Part shown: one piece after another, positions 35,469-45,828 of the stretch | Numbering within the stretch: the first letter of the stretch is position 1 | Layout: every line of letters starts with the position of its first letter | NCBI GenBank assembly: GCA_038087875.1 | Contig: JAXLNO010000385.1 | Coordinates: forward strand, 1,240,001 to 1,304,000 | Direction of reading: 5' to 3' | Source: Malacoraja senta | Taxonomy: Eukaryota | Length of the DNA stretch: 64,000 nt | Notes under the pieces: model-generated | The model's input: only the letters and a program-made list of their open reading frames with translations | Databases searched by the model: none | Told to the model about the DNA's origin: nothing | Translations under genes and position numbers: made by a program

Positions 35469-38400
35469 TTTTTATTTTTTTTATTTTTATTATTCTTTTT
35501 TTTTTAGAATTATTTTACATTACAGTAATCTGCAATAACGTAAATTTATACAGTTCTTGTACCACTTCTGTTTTTCAACTTTAATGGAAAAAAAGGATAG
35601 AAAGAGCTAGCAAAGACAGTCAGCGAGTGAATGACAAAGTGGTCCAGGAACACACATGTGAACCTACACCACAAGAAGTAGTTAAAGAAGAAAAGAAAAA
35701 AAGAAAAAAAGAAAATAAGATAGGACAATATGAAAGGGTTGTACCTACTTCTTATCTTTACTCACCCTTCGCCAGGTCCTAAAACCATTTATTATCTGAG
35801 TTGGATGATCAGCCATGATCGTATTGAATGGCGGTGCAGGCTCGAAGGGCCGAATGGCCTACTCCTGCACCTAATTTCTATGTATCTATGTATCAACATT
35901 TTGTTGCACCCTATGTTTGTAATAAGTCGATAAATGGAGACCAAATCTTTTGGAATTGGTCTTGTTTACCTGCCAGGAGGAATCTCATATCTTCTAGATG
36001 TAACAATTCCGACATATTAGAAGTCCACATTTTTATTGTTGGCGTAGGAGCATTTTTCCAAAATTTCTGTATCAGTTTTTTTGCCGTTATTAAGCCATAA
36101 CTAAGAAAACTCCTTTGAAACGCAGTCAGCTCCAACCTTGCTTCTATTTTTCCAAAAATAATCAGTTCTGCATTCGGTTTCAGTTTTATTTTAAATAATT
36201 TAGTGAAAATGTCAAAAATTTCATTCCAATATTTTTGAATTTTTATACAAAAAACAAAATAATGTGCTATAGTTGATTCTTGGACTAGGCATTTATCACA
36301 GTTAGCAGAGGTATTTGGGTAAAATGTACTTAATTTAGCTTTAGAATAATATAATCTATGTAAAATTTTAAATTGACTCAGAGCATGTCTTACGTTAATC
36401 GAACATTTATGCACATATAATAGATGTTTATCTCAACGCTCTTTCGAGATTTTTATAGCTAGTTCCTGTTCCCATTCTCTTCTCATCCCGTCCGATAATG
36501 GAATTTCTATATTTAAAATGGAATTCTATAGGTATGATATTAAATTAGCTGATTCCGCTTTTATATTCATTATCCCATCTAATAGGTCAGGAGACATATT
36601 TTTGATATTCTCGTGTATACTTTTTCAAATAGTCACGTAGTTTGAAATATTTGAAATATTGATTACTATTCAATTTGTATTTAAGTTGTAATTGGTGAAA
36701 TGTTTAAAAACTTCCATTATCATACATATCTCCAAACGTTTTAATTCCTACTCTTTCCCAATTTATAAAAGCTCTAGCTATCATAGGTGTAAACGAAGGG
36801 TTATTCATTATAGGTGAAAGAAGTGATAGATTTCTTAATTTTAACGTTAATTTTATTTGTTTCCAAATTCTAATTGTACTATGAATAATTGGATTTTTAC
36901 TATATATTGTATTCTTTATTTTTGTTGGTGAGAGAAGGATCGCTCCTATGTTAAAAGGGGAACAGTCCTCTCTCTCCATTACTATCCAATCCACCTGCTG
37001 GGCCGAATTGTCCAACAGGTGAATCATATTTTTGACATTTGTGGCCCAATTATAATATAAAAAATTGGGGAGTGATAATCAACCAAATTCCTTAGGTTTA
37101 CAGAAATGTTTTCTTTGGATTCTGTGGGATTTATAGTCCCATATAAAATTTGTAAAATCAGCATCCAATTAAAAAAATAATTTTCTTGGCAAGTATTGAC
37201 TGGAATAGATATAAAATTTGTGGTAAAAAGATCATTTTTATAGCATTTATTCGGCCTATAAGAGACATCAGGAGTGTTTTCCAGAATTTAATCAGTATGT
37301 TTAGTTTATTGAGTAAGTGCATATAGTTTGCATTAAATAGAGATTTATATTTTCTAGTAATTTCAATTCCCAAATATTTAAATGTTTCTGAAGCGATTTT
37401 AAAAGGGAATTTTAACAGGTGTGTCGATTCTTGAGGTTTAATCGTCATAATTTCACTTTTATTCCAATTTATTCTATATCCTGAAAAGGATCCAAATTCC
37501 TCAATTAAATTTAATATATTTGGTATACTAGTTTGTGATTTTGTAATATATAGTTGTACATCATATGCATATAAAGATATCTTATTATTTGAATATTTTG
37601 TATTGTACCCATAAATATTCGGATGTATCCTAATACTTTCCGCTAACGGTTCTATTACAAGAGCAAATAGCAGGGGTGATAATGAACACCCCTATCTATT
37701 TCCCCTTGATAACTGAAATTTCGAGGACAAAATATTATTAGTTAATATTCTGGCCGTAGGCCTATCATATAATAATTTTACCCAAGCGATAAAATTCTCT
37801 CCCACTTGAAATTTTTGCAATACTTTAACCATATAATCCCATTCCACTTGATCAAATGCTTTTTCTACGTCCAGTGAAATAATTGATAAATCTTGCTCTT
37901 CGGTTTTATGTGAGTGCATTATATTAAACAGACGTCTCAGGTTATTGCTTGAGTATCTCTTGGGTATAAACCCTGTTTGATCCGGATTTATTAATTTACT
38001 GACATAGTTACTTAGCCTTCTAGCTAATGTTTTCGCTAATATTTTTTGATCTGTATTTAACAGCGCAATAGCTCTATAAGAACACGGATCTTCTAAATCT
38101 TTACCTTTTTTAGGTATAAGTGTAATCGTTGACTCCGCCAATGTTTCTGGAAGTGTATGTTCTTTAAAAGCATATGTATACATTTTATGTAGTCGTGGTG
38201 TAATTATCTCGTAAAATCTTTTATAAAATTCATTACTAAAACCATCTGGTCCTGGGGTTTTTCCATTCTTTAATGTATTTATTGTTTCTTCTATTTCCTT
38301 AGTTGAGACTTGTGCACCTAATTCCTCTTCTTCACTCACATTGAGTTTTGGGAGATTACAATTATCCAGGAACTCTCTAACTTTGGTATTTTCTGCTACC
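35469..38400 (-). mobile_element. 5'-truncated, degenerate L1 (different family from 16326-22691)
   Basis: ORF2 pieces 37692-38339 (GPDGF, LDVEKAFD), 37158-37448, 36704-37027 and 35911-36414 (CDKC). A-rich tail at 35469-35505. Confidence 0.92.
35796..35894 (+). mobile_element. CR1 3'-tail fragment inserted in the L1 3' UTR
   Basis: GATCAGCCATGATC..GAATGGCGG..CCTACTCCTGCACC..TTCTATGTATCTATG. Confidence 0.85.
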
Positions 38401-39291
38401 GAGTTAGAGATCGAGTTCGAGTTCGATATAGTTCGAATTCCAGTTCGAGTTCGAGATCGAGTTCGCGTTCGATTGAGAGTTCGTCATAGAGTTCGAGTGC
38501 GAGATAGAGTACGAGTTCGAATTCGAGTTCGAGATAGAATGCGAGTTAGAGATCGAGTTCGTGATCGAGAGAAAGTTCGAGAGAGAGAGAGAGAGAGAGA
38601 GATAGAGTTCGAGTTCGAGTTAGAGTTAGAGTTCGAGATCAAGTTCGAGCACGAGATCGAATTGAATGAATGAAGGAATGAATGAACACGTTTATTGGCC
38701 AAGTACTCACATACAGGGAAGTTGCCTTGGTGCTCCGCCCGCAAGTGGAACTCAAACTCGAGTTCGAGATAGTTTGAGTTCTAGATAGAGTACGAGTTCA
38801 AGTTCGAGTTCGAGTTCGTTCGAGTTGGAATTGGAGTTGGAATTCGAGATAGAGTTCGTGATAGAGTTCGAGTTCGAGTTCGAGTTCAAGTTCAAGTTCG
38901 AGCTCCAGTTCGAGATAGAATGCGAGTTAGAGATCGAGTTCGTGATCGAGAGAAAGTTCGAGAGAGAGAGAGCTCCAGTTCGAGTTAAATGAATGAATGA
39001 ATGAATGAATGAATGAACGAAAATGTTTATTGGCCACATACAAGGTGTTTGCCTTGGTGCTCCGCCCGCAAGTCGAACTCGAACTCGATTTCGCGATCCG
39101 AGAGAGTATGAGTTCGAGTGCGAGTTCGAGTTCGAGTTAGAGATAGAGTTCGTCATAGAGTTCGAGTTCAAGTTGCAGTTGGAGTTGGAGTTGAAGTTTG
39201 AGTTTGAGATAGAGTTAGAGTTCGAGATAGAGTTCGAGTTCGAGATAGAGTTCGGGTTCGAGTTCAAGTTCGAGCTCGAGTTCGAGTTAAG

Positions 39292-39523
39292 TGAATGAAT
39301 GAATGAATGAATGAATAAATGAATGAATGAATGAATGAATGAATAAATGAATGAATGAATGAATGAATGAATGAATGAACGAATGAATGAATGAATGAAT
39401 GAATGAATGAATGAATGAATAAATGAATGAATGAATGAATGAATAAATGAATGAATTATTGAATGAATAAATGAATGAATGAATGAATGAATGAATGAAT
39501 GAATGAATGAATGAATGAATGAA
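39292..39523. repeat. Expanded (GAAT)n microsatellite (tail of one satellite core)
   Basis: About 230 bp of near-perfect GAAT. Confidence 0.95.
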
Positions 39524-40035
39524 TTTATTGGCCATGTATTCACATACAAGGAATTTGCCTTGGTGCTCCGCCCGCAAATCGAACTCGAACTCGTTTGAGA
39601 TCGAGTTCGAGATAGAGTACGAGTTCGGGTGGGAGTTCGAGTTCGAGATCGAGAATGAGTTTGAGTTCGAGTTCGAGTTCAAGTTCAAGCTCGAGTTCGA
39701 GTTAAATGAATGAATGAATGAATACGTTTATTGGGCATCTATTCACAAACAAGGAATTTGTCTTGGTGCTCCGCCCGTAACTCGAACTCCAACTCGAGTT
39801 CTAAATCGAATTCGAGTTCGAGTTCGAGATAGATTTCGAGTTCAAGTAGGAGTTTGAGTTCGAGTTAGATTTCGAGTTCGAGATAGAGTTCGAGGTCGAG
39901 ATATTTAGAGTTCGAATTCGAGTTTTAGGTAGAGATAGAGTTCGAGTTCAAGATAGAGTTCGAGTTCGAGTTCAAGATAGAGTTCGAGTTCGAGATCGAG
40001 TTCGCGTTCGAGATAGTTCGAGATAGAGTTCGAGT

Positions 40036-40826
40036 TAGATTAGATTAGATTAGATTAGATTAGATTAGATTCCTTTATTTGTCTGAACGAAATTTCGTTG
40101 CCTGCAGTCATACATATAATAATAAATAACAAAACACACAATAAACACAAATTAACATCCACCACAGTGAGTTCACCAAGCACCTCCTCACTGTGATGGA
40201 GACAAAAGTCTTAAAGTCTCTGTCTCTTCCCTCTTTGTTCTCCCTCTACGCTGAGGCGATCCAGGCTTCTGATGTTGTGACCCCGCCGGGTGATGGTAAG
40301 TCCGTGGCTGAATCCGTGCCCGCGACGGGCCGGTTCAAACTCCGCGGCCCGGGGTGACCGAAGCTGCCGAAGCTGCCGCCCTCCAGTCCAGCGGACGCAG
40401 CTGTAGTTGCGGGAGCTCCGGAATACCAGGTCACCCACCTGTGACCTGCGAGCTCCCGATGATGTCGTCCACTGGGCCAGCCGCGGCCGAGCCCCGGATT
40501 CATGTCGCCACCAGTGTCTTTGGTCGCCACCGCCGGAACGCCACCGCAGCCCCGAAGTTGGCCAGCCTCGCGTTGGTAAGTCCTGGCTCTGCCTCCGGAG
40601 CCTCGAGGTCGGTCGCAGTTGGAGGCCGCCAGCTCCGCCATTCCCCCGAAGGAAGAGACAAAAATCACGTTTCACCCCACCGCCCCCACATACGCAACCG
40701 AATAAACTAAAATTTAACTAAAACAGGACAAAAGAAAACAACAATATAAAAGTAAAAACAGACGGACTGCAGGCGAGCCGCAGCTGTTCAACAGCGCCGC
40801 CACTTACTGCGTGCAGACAGCACACG
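40036..40826 (-). mobile_element. Non-coding retroposon, probably a non-autonomous Rex/Babar derivative
   Basis: GC-rich body. The 3' end ATTTCGTT..AATAAA + (ATCTA)n resembles the Rex tail at 731-800. No recognisable ORF. Confidence 0.6.
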
Positions 40827-42281
40827 TTCGAGATAAGAATTCGAGTTTGAGATAGAGCTCGAGTTGAATGAATGAATAAGTTTACTGGCCAAGTATTCAC
40901 AAACAAGGAATTTGCCTTGGAGCTCCGCCAGCAAGTCGAAATCAAACTCGAATTCGAGGTAGAGTTCGCGTTCGAGATGGAGTTCGACTTCGAGATAGTT
41001 CGAGTTAGAGATAGAGTTCGAGATCTAGTTGTAGATCGAGTTCGAGTTCGAGATCTAGTTCGAGATCGAGTTCGAGTTCGACTTCGAGTTCGAGATAGTT
41101 CGTGAAAGAGTTCGAGTTCAATTTCGAGTTGGAGTTGGAGTTGGAGTTCGAGAGAGTTCGAGTTCGTGATATAGTTCGAGTTTCTAGTTCGAGATAGAGT
41201 TCGTTCGAATTCGAATTCGAGAAAGAGTTAGAGTTCGAATTCAATTTCGAGTTCGACATCGAGTTCGAGATAGAGTTGGAATTCGAGTTCGGGATTGATT
41301 TCGACATATAGTTCGAGAGAGTTAGAGTTCGAGATAGTGTTCGAGGTCGAGATAGAGTTCCTGAAAGAGATCGGTATAGTTCGAGTGCAAGTTCGAGTTG
41401 GAATTGGAGTTGGAGTTCGATAGAGTTCGACTTCGAGATATAGTTCGACCGAGTTCGAGGACGTCCGAGATCGAGTTCGAGATCGAGTTCTAGTTCGAGA
41501 GAGAGAGAGATTTCGAGATAGTTCGAGATACAGTTAGTTCGAATTCGAGTTCGAGATAGAGTTCGAGTTCTAGTTCAAGTTCGATTTCGAGCTCGAGTTC
41601 GAGTTGAGTGAACGAACGAATGAATGAATGAATGAATGAATGAATGAATGAATGAATGAATGAATGAACGAATGAATGAAAGAATTAATGAATGAACGAA
41701 TAAATAAATACATTTATTGGCCAAGTATTCACATACAAGGAATTTGCCTCGGTGGTCCGCCAGCAAGCCGAACTCCAACTCGAGTTCGAGATAGAGTACG
41801 AGTTCGAGTTCGAGTTCTAATCCGTGTTCGAGTTCATTCGAATTCGAGTACAAGTTCGTTAGGGATAGAGTTTGTGATATTTCGAGTTCGAGTTCGAGAT
41901 AAAGTTGGAGTTGGAGTTGGAGATGGAGATAGTTCGAGTTCGAGGTAGAGTTCGAGTTCAAGAAACAGTTCGAGTTCGAGATCGAGTTCGCGATATTTCG
42001 AGATCGAGATAGAGTTCGAGTTGAATGAATGAATGAATGAATGAATGAATGAATGAATACATTTATTGGCCAGTTATTCACAAACAAGGAATTTGCCTCG
42101 GTGGTCCGCCAGCAAATCGAACTCCAACTTGAGTTCGAGATCGTATTCGAGTTCGAGATAGAGTTCGAGATCGAGTTCGAGATCGAGTTCGAGTTCGAGA
42201 GAAAGTTCGAGAGAGAGTTCGATTTCGAGAGAAAGTTCGAGAGAGAGTTCGAGTTCGAGATAGTTCGAGTTCAAGTTCGAG

Positions 42282-43013
42282 TATATTTTATTTATATTTT
42301 ATTTTATTCTTTATTTCGAACAGAATAGAAGAATAAATAGCAAGTGTGAAACAGCATACAAAAAACAAAACAAGAATATTTATAAAGTGTCATAAACAAT
42401 ATCTATAAATAAATGAAATCGTATGTGTCCGAAAAGGAGCAGGAAGAAGCCAAAGCTTATTATTTCCCACCCCCTTATTCAACTGCTTATAATTATTGTA
42501 TACACATTTAGCAGCTATATGTACACCATATGTACACCAGCAGCTATATGTACACCAAATTATTTACATTTATACACTAATCAAATATTTACAAATCCAT
42601 ACAAAAAAAGGGAGAAAAAAAGAAAAAAGAAAAGAAAACCCCCTCGTATACTATACAGTATCTCTTAGTCATATATACAACCCATAACCCTCATATAGTA
42701 TACAGTATCCCTTAGTCATATATACAACCCATCACCCTATAATCACCCTTCCCGATACAATCAGTATAACAAATATCCCACTCACAATCACCTATCTTCA
42801 TCCCAATATCCTTTAAAAAAGTGTTTTTGTACATCTTTTTAAACTGAATTATGTTTGTGCTAAGCTTTATCTCCTGTTCCAGACCATTCCACAAATTCAC
42901 CCCACAGATTGCTATGCACATAATTTTAAGAGTTGTTCTGACATTGAGATTTTTTAAAATTATTTTCCCCTCTCAAATTATACCCACCCTGTCTTTCCAT
43001 AAACAGTTTTTCT
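42282..43013 (-). mobile_element. 3' fragment of an L2-group (L2/Crack-like) LINE
   Basis: GYNLRG..RTTLK.MCIAICGVNLWNGL..FKK C-terminal motif, 3' UTR and AATAAA-rich tail. Confidence 0.65.
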
Positions 43014-43525
43014 CGAGTTCGAGATCAAGTTCGAGGTCGAGTTCGAAATGAATGAATGAATGAATGAATGAATGAATGAATAAATGAATGAATGAATGAA
43101 CACGTTTATTGGCCTAGTACTCACATACAGGGAAGTTGCCTTGGTGCTCCGCCCGCAAGTCGAACTCCAACTCGAGTTCGAAATAGAGTTCGAGGTCGAG
43201 ATGGTGTTCGAGATAGAGTTCGTGTTCGACAGAGAGTTCGATATAAAGTTCGAGATCGAGTTCGAGATCGAGTTCGAGTTCGAGAGAGAGTTGAATGAAT
43301 GAATAAATGAATGAATACGTTTATTGGTCAAGTATTCACATACAAGGGATTTGCCTTGGTGCTCCGCCCGCAACTCCAACTCGAACTCGAGTTCGAGATA
43401 GAGTTCGAGTTCGAGTTACAGTTCGAGTTCGAGATCGAGTTCGCGATAGAGTTCGAGTTGAATGAATGAATGTATGAATGAATGAATGAATGAATGAATG
43501 AATGAATGAATATGAGTAAGAGTGC

Positions 43526-43599
<74 letters not shown>

Positions 43600-44764
43600 A
43601 CTACAACTTCTCACTTAGGAGTTCAATTTAAGACTAACGGAATGCAGCAGACCGCGACGCTAACAAGCTAGTGGGCGTAACTACAAATGCAAGACATAGC
43701 ATGAGCCACGAATCTACATCCTCCACTTAAAGAATCAGTAACGATGTATATCCATAACTAAGCAAAACAAATATCACAACCGATGACAGACTGGTGGAAA
43801 GTGAAACATAGTCCGGATACATCACGACCGGCCTGCAAACACGACCGGGACGTGTACGATAAAGGCCATCTCCATTCTTTTTCTCTGGGGAAAGAGCAGG
43901 CGATGTCACCACCTTGGGGGAGTGGACAAACGTGTCTGGAGTCGAAGCAGGAGAATGTGGCGCACGCGAAGATGGAACAGACAGAGGAACTGTCGCAGGC
44001 ATGGATTGTTGTGCTGGCAAGAGCATGCGGGGGTCACTAGATGCAGATTGAAATAATAATAATAATAATAGATTTTATTTATATAGCGCTTTTCAGGACT
44101 CAAAGTCGCTGAACTTGTAAGATCCGGATAATAAGAAGGAGGGATTAAATCGTTCACAGGCAGAAGATGTCGCATCAGTAGTTGCCGCCATCGGCTCTAA
44201 CAATGTACCAGCGTGGTTCGGAAGCGGGGACCAGACACCACCCCAATACGGTCAAGGCCTTTGTCAGTCTGTAAGAGGACCACCTGTCCTTTGGTCAATG
44301 GTGGCAATGGCTTACTCGTCTAGTCGAAGCATATCTTTTGAACGTCACGCTTTTGTTGCAACCTGGATTGAACCTCCTTTGGCGGAAACACATGTGGGGT
44401 TAATGTTTGCTCCGCTACGGGCAGCGTGAAAGAGGAGAGAGAAGAGGGGACAGAGAGGAGGAGAGCGAAGGGAGAAAGAGAAGGGAGAGAGAGAGAGAAG
44501 GAAAAGAGGGAAGACGGGGGGAGAGAAGGGGGAGACGGGAGCATGGGGTTCATTTTCCCACACAAGCCATAGGTGACTGGGCAATATGAACCCAAGCACC
44601 AAGTTGAAAGCGGCCGTATGTGTGCATTTCTCGGAACAGCCACCATTCTCCCACGGCCACCCTCCGTGGGCTGCGGGTCGGGTGGAACGGAGGTTTTGGA
44701 CAATGTTCATGCCTTCACAGTGATGTGATGGACGCGGGGGTCTGGACAAATCGCTGACAAGTCC

Positions 44765-45092
44765 CGCCCCCGGCAACGTCATGTTTGTTATTGGACTTTT
44801 CTGTTGAGCGGCAGTCGGTCCTTAGGCTTGTTGGTGACGCTGACTTTCGGGTAGGTGGCGTTTTGACAGAACGGCCATTGGGTAACTTTGCTTTTAGGCG
44901 ACGCAGCTTTTCGGTTCGTTGGCTTTTAGGCGTCCCGCCCTTTCGGTTAGTTTGCACTTAGGCATCCCGTCCTTTAGCTTACTAGGCGTTTCGTCTTCGG
45001 GTTCTGTCGGTTTATTGGCGTTTCGGCCTCGTTTCCATTCGGTTCTTTGGCTTCGACTTCTTTGCTTCGGCATCTTGTCTGTCGGCACCACG
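44765..45092. mobile_element. Insertion with ~15-bp periodic CCGAA subrepeats (possible terminus of a DNA element); mirror at 60636-60965
   Basis: Interrupts Gypsy pol directly after KHGWPD. Recurrent TTCGG/CCGAA. Far boundary uncertain. Confidence 0.4.
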
Positions 45093-45431
45093 TCTGGGAA
45101 TCATCCGGCCAGCCGTGCTTAATGACAGAAGTTAGCGACCGAAGGGTCTTGTCGCTGGCAGTCTGGGCAACCAGGTCCTCCACCCAAGATGAAGGGATGA
45201 AGGATACAGTCATCACGATAAAGTCATCATCCTGCGAGGGCAGATCCTCGCAGGTCGTCCGAGATGCACGTGAAAGAGTGTCCGCCAGGTACATATCCAT
45301 TCCACGTTTGTAGGTCAGGAAGATGTCATATTTTTGAAGATGTAGTAACATCCGTTGTGGACGCGCTGGAGGGTTATGAATAGGTTTATTGAAAATACTG
45401 ATAAGAGGTTGGTGGTCGGTTTTAATTGTAA

Positions 45432-45783
45432 CTAGTCCAAGAGCAGACCCATTGGGTCTGGACCCTGAACGTGCTTCAGACCCCGGGGTCTGGTTCCCGA
45501 ACATCCTTCAGCTAAAGAAAAAAAATGGCGTCGTTTCTGGAGCAGAGCCGGGCGGCAGCAGCCGTTATGGTGGCTGGCCAGCAGGAGGAGACAAAATGAG
45601 TGAGTGGGGGGTGGGAGAAGGATTTTATTTAAAATGTGTACATAAACACGACGAAATTTAATCATGGTGGATACTTGGAATGAAAAGTGAAATCTCTACC
45701 GAAATGGAAAAAATCTCGGCGTTTCTGCGTGTGGTGTTGGCGTAGCAACGAATCAAAGGCTGGCACCCACAAGACAGACAGAA

Positions 45784-45815
<32 letters not shown>

Positions 45816-45828
45816 AAATATAGATAGA
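45432..45828 (-). mobile_element. Non-autonomous Helitron inside Gypsy RNase H
   Basis: 5' TC, 3' CTAG, hairpin CAGACCC-ATT-GGGTCTG just inside the CTAG end. Inserted between A and T without TSD. Internal (TG)n. Confidence 0.85.

Larger units (their letters stand above)
13861..43510 (-). repeat. Composite satellite: ~55-bp conserved core + (GAAT)n + variable hexamer tracts (GAGTTC/GAGATA/GAGATC/GAGAGA...), interrupted by LINEs
   Basis: Core TTTATTGGCCAAGTATTCACATACAAGGAATTTGCCTTGGTGCTCCGCCCG(C/T)AAGTC recurs about 38 times by eye (e.g. 14052, 16045, 24177, 29027, 33987, 39524, 43320). Full copies are preceded by (GAAT)n. Confidence 0.95.

Noticed and set aside
13900..43450. Canonical telomeric repeat
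   Set aside because: The unit is GAGTTC/GAACTC, not TTAGGG, and no TTAGGG tracts were seen.
13861..43510. CRISPR-like repeat/spacer appearance of the core array
   Set aside because: The spacers are long, variable low-complexity hexamers rather than unique ~30-40 bp sequences. There are no cas genes and the context is vertebrate.
13861..43510. Whole array built by sequential end-addition, as at Drosophila telomeres
   Set aside because: The polarity fits, but the L1 has a TSD and empty sites (internal insertion), and much of the array arose by tandem duplication. Not supportable as the main mechanism from sequence alone.
22697..43614. Many ORFs rich in NSNSIS, ELELEL, RTRTRT, RVRVRD, FEFEIE and IHSF
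   Set aside because: By-products of stop-poor hexamer and GAAT repeats, present in several frames on both strands. No coding evidence.
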